From assembly GCA_025356665.1 (NCBI GenBank), contig JANXRV010000094.1, positions 6,265-70,264 on the forward strand: a DNA stretch of 64,000 nt, written 5' to 3'. The notes below the pieces were generated by a model that saw only the letters and a program-made list of their open reading frames with translations, was not told the DNA's origin and did not search any database. Each line of letters starts with the position of its first letter. The stretch's first letter is position 1. The translations under genes and the position numbers were made by a program. This DNA comes from Pseudomonadota bacterium (lineage in GTDB: Bacteria; Pseudomonadota; Gammaproteobacteria; Burkholderiales; SG8-39). Below, piece by piece: positions 59,056 to 64,000 of the stretch.

Positions 59056-59877
59056 TCACGCCGTCCAGTTCACCGCCCCGCTCCAGGCCGTGCCCAGCAC
59101 CACCAATCCAAAGGCGATGCGGTACCAGGCAAAAATGGTGAAATCGTGGGTGGCGATATAGCGCAGCAGCCAGCGCACGCACAGGAACGCCGAGGCGAAG
59201 GCGGCGACAAAACCGACCGCCCACATGCCGATGTCGTCCATCGAGAGCAGCGCCCGTTCCTTGTACAACTGGTAGCCAGTGGCCACGAACAGCGTCGGGA
59301 TGGCGAGAAAAAACGAGAACTCGGTCGAGGCCTTGCGCGATAGGCCGAAAAACAGGCCGCCGATGATGGTGGCCCCGGAGCGTGATGTGCCGGGTATCAG
59401 CGCCAACGCCTGGGCGAACCCGAGTTTGAGCGCATCGCGCCAGCCGATGTCATCAACGCTTTGTACCGTGATACTGTGCTCGCGCCGCTCGGCCCACAAG
59501 ATGATGAAGCCCCCGACAATGAAGGCGAGCGCCACCGGCACCGGCTGGAACAAGTAGGCCTTGATGGTCTTGCCAAAAGCGAGGCCCAGCACCGCCAGCG
59601 GCATGAAGGCAATGGCGATGTTGAGGACAAAGCGCCGCGCCGCCGGCTGCGAACCCAGGCCGCCCAGAACGGAAAGTATTTTCACGCGGTATTCCCAGCA
59701 CACCGCGAGGATGGCGCCGCACTGGATGACGATTTCGAACAACTTGCCGCGCTCGTCGTTAAAGTCGAGCAGGTCGCCGGCAAGGATCAAGTGGCCGGTG
59801 GAAGACACCGGCAGAAATTCAGTCAGCCCCTCGACGACGCCGAGAATGAGGGCTTTGAGCAGGAGGGGCATATCCAT
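59056..59877 (-). CDS. uppP: Undecaprenyl-diphosphate phosphatase
   Basis: [30 protein letters not shown] matches the E. coli UppP N-terminus ([19 protein letters not shown]). PGTSRSG is also present. 273 aa from the ATG at 59877. Confidence 0.9.
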   Translation of the reverse strand: MDMPLLLKALILGVVEGLTEFLPVSSTGHLILAGDLLDFNDERGKLFEIVIQCGAILAVCWEYRVKILSVLGGLGSQPAARRFVLNIAIAFMPLAVLGLAFGKTIKAYLFQPVPVALAFIVGGFIILWAERREHSITVQSVDDIGWRDALKLGFAQALALIPGTSRSGATIIGGLFFGLSRKASTEFSFFLAIPTLFVATGYQLYKERALLSMDDIGMWAVGFVAAFASAFLCVRWLLRYIATHDFTIFAWYRIAFGLVVLGTAWSGAVNWTA

Positions 59878-60014
59878 GTAGTAAGAAACCAACGGGCGGG
59901 TTTGCAATCGCGCCGCGCGAGCGGCGCATTAAACAGTGCCCCGATTATAGTGGAGGAACGGCGCCACACCCCCGGTTGGTCGCCGCTTGTCCCCTTTGGA
60001 TGAAGCCTGCCGCC

Positions 60015-61352
60015 TCAGCCGCCCTGCTCGAGCAGATGCGCAAGCTTCGGATCCGCGGCCAATTGTGCGAGGTCCGCCTCTTCATCCACGTCCCAGCGTA
60101 CCGGCAGCTCCAGCCAGTCCCAGGCGAGTTCGCACAGCCGTTCACGCGTCTGCGCCATCACCTGCGGCGTGCTCCAGGCAATGCTCTCGAACAGGCGCGG
60201 ATCATGCCGGCGCAGGCCGATCAGGGCATAGCCGCCGTCTAGCGTCGGCACAAACACCGCATCGCGCCCAGCCGCCAGCGCCGCCAGCGCGGCAGTAATG
60301 TCGTCCACCGTGATTGACGGCACATCCGAACCGATGAGCAGCACGGCATCGGCCTCCCCCAGCGCGGCGCGCAGGGCGGCACTCATGCGCAAACCTATAT
60401 CGCCGTCCGCTTGCGCATGCAGGCTCACGCCCCATTCGGCCTGCGCCTGGGCAAAAAACGCATGCGTCACCCCGGGGGCACACCACAACTGCACCGCACC
60501 CGACAGGGCTTGCACGGCGGTCGCAATGCACTGCCGCGCCATGGCGCCGTAAAGACGCATCGCACCCTCTGCGCCCAATGCGGGGATCAGGCGCGTCTTG
60601 ACCTCGCCCGCCACCGGTGCCCGGGCGAACACCAGGATACGGGATGCGATTTTGCCACTGCGGTAAGCGCGCGCCAGGCGTCCGGGCGACACGCCGAAAA
60701 AGTATTGCAGGCGCAACCACCACATCAACACTACGGTGCGCAGCACGCCGTTTTTCTCCCAGCGACGCCCGGAAGTGGTGACCCTGTCGTAAAGGCAAAG
60801 CGGCGGCGAAATCCGATTTAGCCTGCCGCTGACGGCAATGTCCTCCATCAGCTCAATCGGCGGAAAGCCGCCGACCGCATCAAACGCCGCACGCGTCATG
60901 AACAAGGCCTGGTCGCCGGTGGCAATGCCGCTCCAGCGCGAGCGCAGGTTCATCATGCCGGCAACCACCCTGAGCAGGGGATGCCGCCCCTCAATGCGCA
61001 CATCAAAGCGGCCCCAGGCACGGCCGCTTGCCGCGAGCCCTGCGCGGATCAGCGCGTCCGCCTTTTCGGGCAGGCGCGTGTCGGCGTGAAGAAACAACAA
61101 TATGTCGCCCTGGGCCGCCGCCGTACCGGCGTTCATCTGGCTGGCGCGGCCGCGCGTAGCGACCAGCACCCGGTCTGCCGATCCGCGGGTAAGTTCAGCC
61201 GTGGCATCGCGGCTGCCGCCATCTACGACCAGCACTTCGCAGCCGCGCGCGCGAAAGTCGCGCAAGGCCGCCAGCATGCCGGGCACCATGGCCGCCTCGT
61301 CAAGGACCGGGACGATGATGGAAATCGGGGCCGCGCGGCTATTTCCCGGCAT
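60015..61352 (-). CDS. Apparent fusion of a family-2 glycosyltransferase (TIGR04283-like) and a DUF2064 transferase (TIGR04282-like)
   Basis: The ATG at 61352 gives MPGNSRAAPISIIVPVLDEA...LFLHADTRLP (GT2). The frame continues without a stop into SRILVFARAPVAGEVKTRL...IGSDVP...DGGYALIG (DUF2064). The first ~216 aa of track ORF 60015..62000 overlap the DUF547 gene out of frame and are not real. Confidence 0.7.
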   Translation of the reverse strand: MPGNSRAAPISIIVPVLDEAAMVPGMLAALRDFRARGCEVLVVDGGSRDATAELTRGSADRVLVATRGRASQMNAGTAAAQGDILLFLHADTRLPEKADALIRAGLAASGRAWGRFDVRIEGRHPLLRVVAGMMNLRSRWSGIATGDQALFMTRAAFDAVGGFPPIELMEDIAVSGRLNRISPPLCLYDRVTTSGRRWEKNGVLRTVVLMWWLRLQYFFGVSPGRLARAYRSGKIASRILVFARAPVAGEVKTRLIPALGAEGAMRLYGAMARQCIATAVQALSGAVQLWCAPGVTHAFFAQAQAEWGVSLHAQADGDIGLRMSAALRAALGEADAVLLIGSDVPSITVDDITAALAALAAGRDAVFVPTLDGGYALIGLRRHDPRLFESIAWSTPQVMAQTRERLCELAWDWLELPVRWDVDEEADLAQLAADPKLAHLLEQGG

Positions 61353-62157
61353 CGTTGAGCGACCAGTCATATTCGGCAAACGCCAGCATGGCCTGCTGCG
61401 CGCTGATGCGCCCTTGCTGCAGCGGGTCGTCGGTGAGCAGGCCGGCGTAGCGCCCAAAATACTGTTCGCGTGAGTTGATGCCCTTGAAGCCGCTTGTCCA
61501 GTCCTCTTTGTACCAGTCAAAAATTTTCGATACCACGAGCTTGTCGGCGGCGGCATCAAAGCGGTTGCGCGTGCGGTCGGAAAGAAAACGCCGCGCCTGC
61601 TCCTCGATTTGCGCCTCAAGGCGCGACGCCACGTACGCCTCCTCGCGCAGCATCGGGCAGCCGATCGACGCGCAATTGACGGCAAAATGCACGCGCGGTT
61701 CGTCGAACACGCCTTTCGCGCGCAACCTGCCGTGCTCGAGGCCGTCGAGCGAGGCTTCGGCGCCGAGCAGGCGGAAGAATTTGTCCTTCCAGGGATTGCC
61801 GAACACCGTGCCAAAATCGCGTATGGACTTGAGATCGGGATAACGGCCAAGCACTTTTTCGACGGTAAACGCGTTGTAGGCATTGATGAGAAAGGCCATC
61901 TGCTGCGCGCGGCTCCAGAGGCCGTACTCGGTCTCGTCGACCGCCGAGAGCGCGGCAAGATAAGTTTTGAGCGCGACCCGGTCGGCGGCAAACCCGGCAT
62001 AGCGCACCTGCGAGGCCTTGCCGCCGTCCAGCAGCACGATGTGCTTTTTCAGCAGGGCGTTCCAGGCGGCATGGGCATGGTCGAACTGCGCCTTCGCCTG
62101 CGACCAGACGAGCAGGCAAAACAAAGTCGCAAGCAACCGGCCGGCGATGCTTTTCAC
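61339..62157 (-). CDS. DUF547-domain protein with signal peptide
   Basis: The signal MKSIAGRLLATLFCLLVWSQAKA is followed by DUF547 hallmarks (AFLINAYNAFT, HFAVNCASIGCP, FDWY). Confidence 0.8.
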   Translation of the reverse strand: MKSIAGRLLATLFCLLVWSQAKAQFDHAHAAWNALLKKHIVLLDGGKASQVRYAGFAADRVALKTYLAALSAVDETEYGLWSRAQQMAFLINAYNAFTVEKVLGRYPDLKSIRDFGTVFGNPWKDKFFRLLGAEASLDGLEHGRLRAKGVFDEPRVHFAVNCASIGCPMLREEAYVASRLEAQIEEQARRFLSDRTRNRFDAAADKLVVSKIFDWYKEDWTSGFKGINSREQYFGRYAGLLTDDPLQQGRISAQQAMLAFAEYDWSLNDAGK

Positions 62158-62160
62158 GAC

Positions 62161-64000
62161 CTACCCGCGCATCCAGGCATTAAAACGGCCGACCCAGGCG
62201 AGCAGTTTTTGCGGCGCGTGAGCGCGTTTCCAGTTGCCCGCCGCGTATTTGTTCGCTTCGGCCATGGTCGGGTAGATGTGGATGGTGCCGAGGATCTTGT
62301 TCAAGCCGAGGCCGTGGCGCATCGCCAGCACATACTCCGCGATGAGGTCGCCGGCATGCTCGCCGGCGATGGTGACGCCGAGGATGCGGTCCTTGCCCGG
62401 CACGGTCAGCACCTTGACCAGCCCGTGCGCCTCTTCGTCGGCGATGGCGCGATCGAGGTCGTCGATGCCGTAAGTGGTCACCTCGCAGGCAATGCCTTTT
62501 TCCTTCGCCTCGGTTTCATTCAGGCCGACCCGCGCCACCTCGGGGTCGGTGAAAGTCGCCCAGGGAATGACGGAAAAATCGGCGCGAAATTTCTTGAACG
62601 ACCCGAACAGCCCGTTGACCGCGGCATACCAGGCGGTGTGCGCCGCGGTGTGGGTGAACTGGTAGGGGCCGGCGACATCGCCGCAGGCAAGGATGTTGGG
62701 GTAGATGGTCTGCATGTATTCGTTCACTTCGACGGTGCGCGCCTTGGTCACCGGAATGCCGAGGTCCTCAAGTCCATAGCCCGCGGTGTTGGCGACGCGG
62801 CCGACCGCGCACAACAGCGCGTCGAAGGCAATGCGCACTTCGCCGCCGTCGCTTTCGGCATAGAGGACTTTTTCACCGGCCTCGACGGCAAAGCGCACCG
62901 CCTTGTGCCCGACCAGCACCTCGACGCCCTCGTCGCGGAATTTCTGCATCACCATGGCGGAGAATTCCGCGTCTTCGCGCATCATCAGGCGCGGCAGCAT
63001 TTCCACCTGCGTGACCTTGCTGCCCAGCCGGGCAAAGCATTGCGTCAGCTCACAGCCAATCGGCCCGCCGCCCAGCACCAGCAGGCGCGCCGGCAACTCA
63101 CGCAGGTCCCAGACCGTGTCAGAGGTCAGGCAACCGACTTCTTCTATTCCAGGAATGGACGGCACAAAGGGGCGCGCGCCGGTGGCAATAACGATGGCGC
63201 GGCTGGTCAGGCGCCGCGTGACGCCATCGGCCTGTTTGATCTCGACCTCCCAGGGCGTGAGCATGCGCGCCTCGCCGGCGACGCACTCCACCCCCAGTTC
63301 GGTGTAGCGCGCCACCGAATCGTGCGGCTCGACCGTGCGCACCACGCGCTGCACGCGTTCCATGACATCGGCGAAATCGAAGGTCGCACCGGCCTGGGCG
63401 ATACCGTATTCCTTCGCCCTGCCGATTTGCGACAGCACGCGGGCGGTCTTGATCAGCGCCTTGGACGGCACACAGCCGGTGTTGAGGCAGTCGCCGCCCA
63501 TCTTGTGTTTTTCCACCAGCGTCACTTTGGCCTTGACCACGGCGGCGATGTAGGAGGTCACCAGCCCGGCCGAGCCGGCGCCTATCACCACCAGGTTGCG
63601 GTCAAAAGTCTTGGGCTTCAAGTGCGCCCAGCGCACGTAGACCCGCCGCACCTTGACCACGTCGACGATTTTCTTGGCGATCAGCGGAAACAGCCCGAGC
63701 AACACGAAGGAGCCAAGCAGCAGCGGCGAGAGAATGCCGCGCGGTGAATCGATTTGCGCCAGCTGCGTGCCGGCGTTCACAAAGACCAGCGTACCGGCCA
63801 GCATGCCAAGCTGGCTGACCCAGTAAAACGTCCAGGTTCGTATCGGCGTGAGGCCCATCACCAGGTTGATGACAAAAAACGGGAACGCCGGCACCAGCCG
63901 CAGCGTGAACAGATAAAATCCGCCCTCGCGCTCGACACCCTTGTTGATCGCGGCTATCTTGTCGCCGAATTTTTTCTGGATCAGGTCGCGAAACAGCAAA
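62161..64000 (-). CDS. DedA/TVP38-type membrane domain fused to a pyridine-nucleotide-disulfide oxidoreductase (mercuric/glutathione reductase-like); 5' end outside the window
   Basis: Membrane segment (LRLVPAFPFFVINLVMG...), then FAD motif VIGAGSAGL, redox disulfide GGDCLNTGCVPSK, NAD motif VLGGGPIGCE and a dimerisation domain (HIYPTMAE). The frame is open to the right edge. Confidence 0.8.
   Translation of the reverse strand, partial: LLFRDLIQKKFGDKIAAINKGVEREGGFYLFTLRLVPAFPFFVINLVMGLTPIRTWTFYWVSQLGMLAGTLVFVNAGTQLAQIDSPRGILSPLLLGSFVLLGLFPLIAKKIVDVVKVRRVYVRWAHLKPKTFDRNLVVIGAGSAGLVTSYIAAVVKAKVTLVEKHKMGGDCLNTGCVPSKALIKTARVLSQIGRAKEYGIAQAGATFDFADVMERVQRVVRTVEPHDSVARYTELGVECVAGEARMLTPWEVEIKQADGVTRRLTSRAIVIATGARPFVPSIPGIEEVGCLTSDTVWDLRELPARLLVLGGGPIGCELTQCFARLGSKVTQVEMLPRLMMREDAEFSAMVMQKFRDEGVEVLVGHKAVRFAVEAGEKVLYAESDGGEVRIAFDALLCAVGRVANTAGYGLEDLGIPVTKARTVEVNEYMQTIYPNILACGDVAGPYQFTHTAAHTAWYAAVNGLFGSFKKFRADFSVIPWATFTDPEVARVGLNETEAKEKGIACEVTTYGIDDLDRAIADEEAHGLVKVLTVPGKDRILGVTIAGEHAGDLIAEYVLAMRHGLGLNKILGTIHIYPTMAEANKYAAGNWKRAHAPQKLLAWVGRFNAWMRG

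Noticed and set aside
60015-62000. 661-aa track ORF that suggests one very large protein
   Set aside because: Its first ~216 residues are Arg/Ser/Pro-rich low-complexity translation. They lie out of frame over the well-supported DUF547 gene (61339..62157). Only the part from the ATG at 61352 carries recognisable domains.
61609-63747. 712-aa plus-strand ORF, with similar long antisense ORFs at 3371..4405(-), 9068..10108(-), 10899..12101(-), 14456..15598(+), 39331..40446(-), 48268..49881(-), 51031..52095(+) and 52968..54851(+)
   Set aside because: All lie antisense to genes with clear family motifs. Their translations are Arg/Gly/His/Ala-rich with no recognisable domains. This is the usual artefact of stop-codon-poor antisense frames in high-GC DNA.

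Overview
GC-rich (about 63-65% GC) proteobacterial chromosome segment. Gene content suggests a betaproteobacterium: LpdA with an N-terminal lipoyl domain, an HslV/BPH-like gene inside the pyruvate dehydrogenase (PDH) operon, and a glnA-DUF4124-ntrB-ntrC arrangement. This placement is inference only. I saw no rRNA, tRNA, CRISPR array, transposase or integrase. From left to right the window holds: (1) a partial dadA; (2) a ~13 kb sugar-acid catabolic cluster with two acid-sugar dehydratases (IlvD/Edd-type and UxaA/GarD-type), two SDRs, an FAH-family hydrolase, a GntR regulator, a full ABC importer and a TRAP Q/M pair with no binding protein; (3) housekeeping genes: a frameshifted typA, rsmE, argA, yggX, phoU, rpiA; (4) the PDH operon aceE-aceF-(proteasome-like Ntn hydrolase)-lpdA; (5) folD, prlC, xthA; (6) the nitrogen-control locus glnA-DUF4124-ntrB-ntrC with a recognisable sigma-54 promoter and NtrC sites; (7) a sigma-54-type cyanate operon cynABDS; (8) a complete TRAP transporter, a GGT-family protein and a large carrier-domain/fatty-acyl-AMP-ligase/acyltransferase fusion; (9) a co-directional signalling module of cyclase-FHA, a secreted DUF2282 bufferin-like peptide, a sensor histidine kinase and a Hanks kinase fused to two receiver domains; (10) NIPSNAP, histidine phosphatase, GST, TPR and uppP genes; (11) an uncharacterised conserved cluster of a GT2-DUF2064 fusion, DUF547 and a DedA-fused pyridine-nucleotide-disulfide oxidoreductase that runs off the right edge. 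The strongest candidate for something undescribed is the signalling module at 50.9-56.2 kb. Next come the carrier-FAAL-acyltransferase fusion, the proteasome homolog embedded in the PDH operon and the right-edge cluster. All family calls come from reading motifs in the translations. No database search was run.
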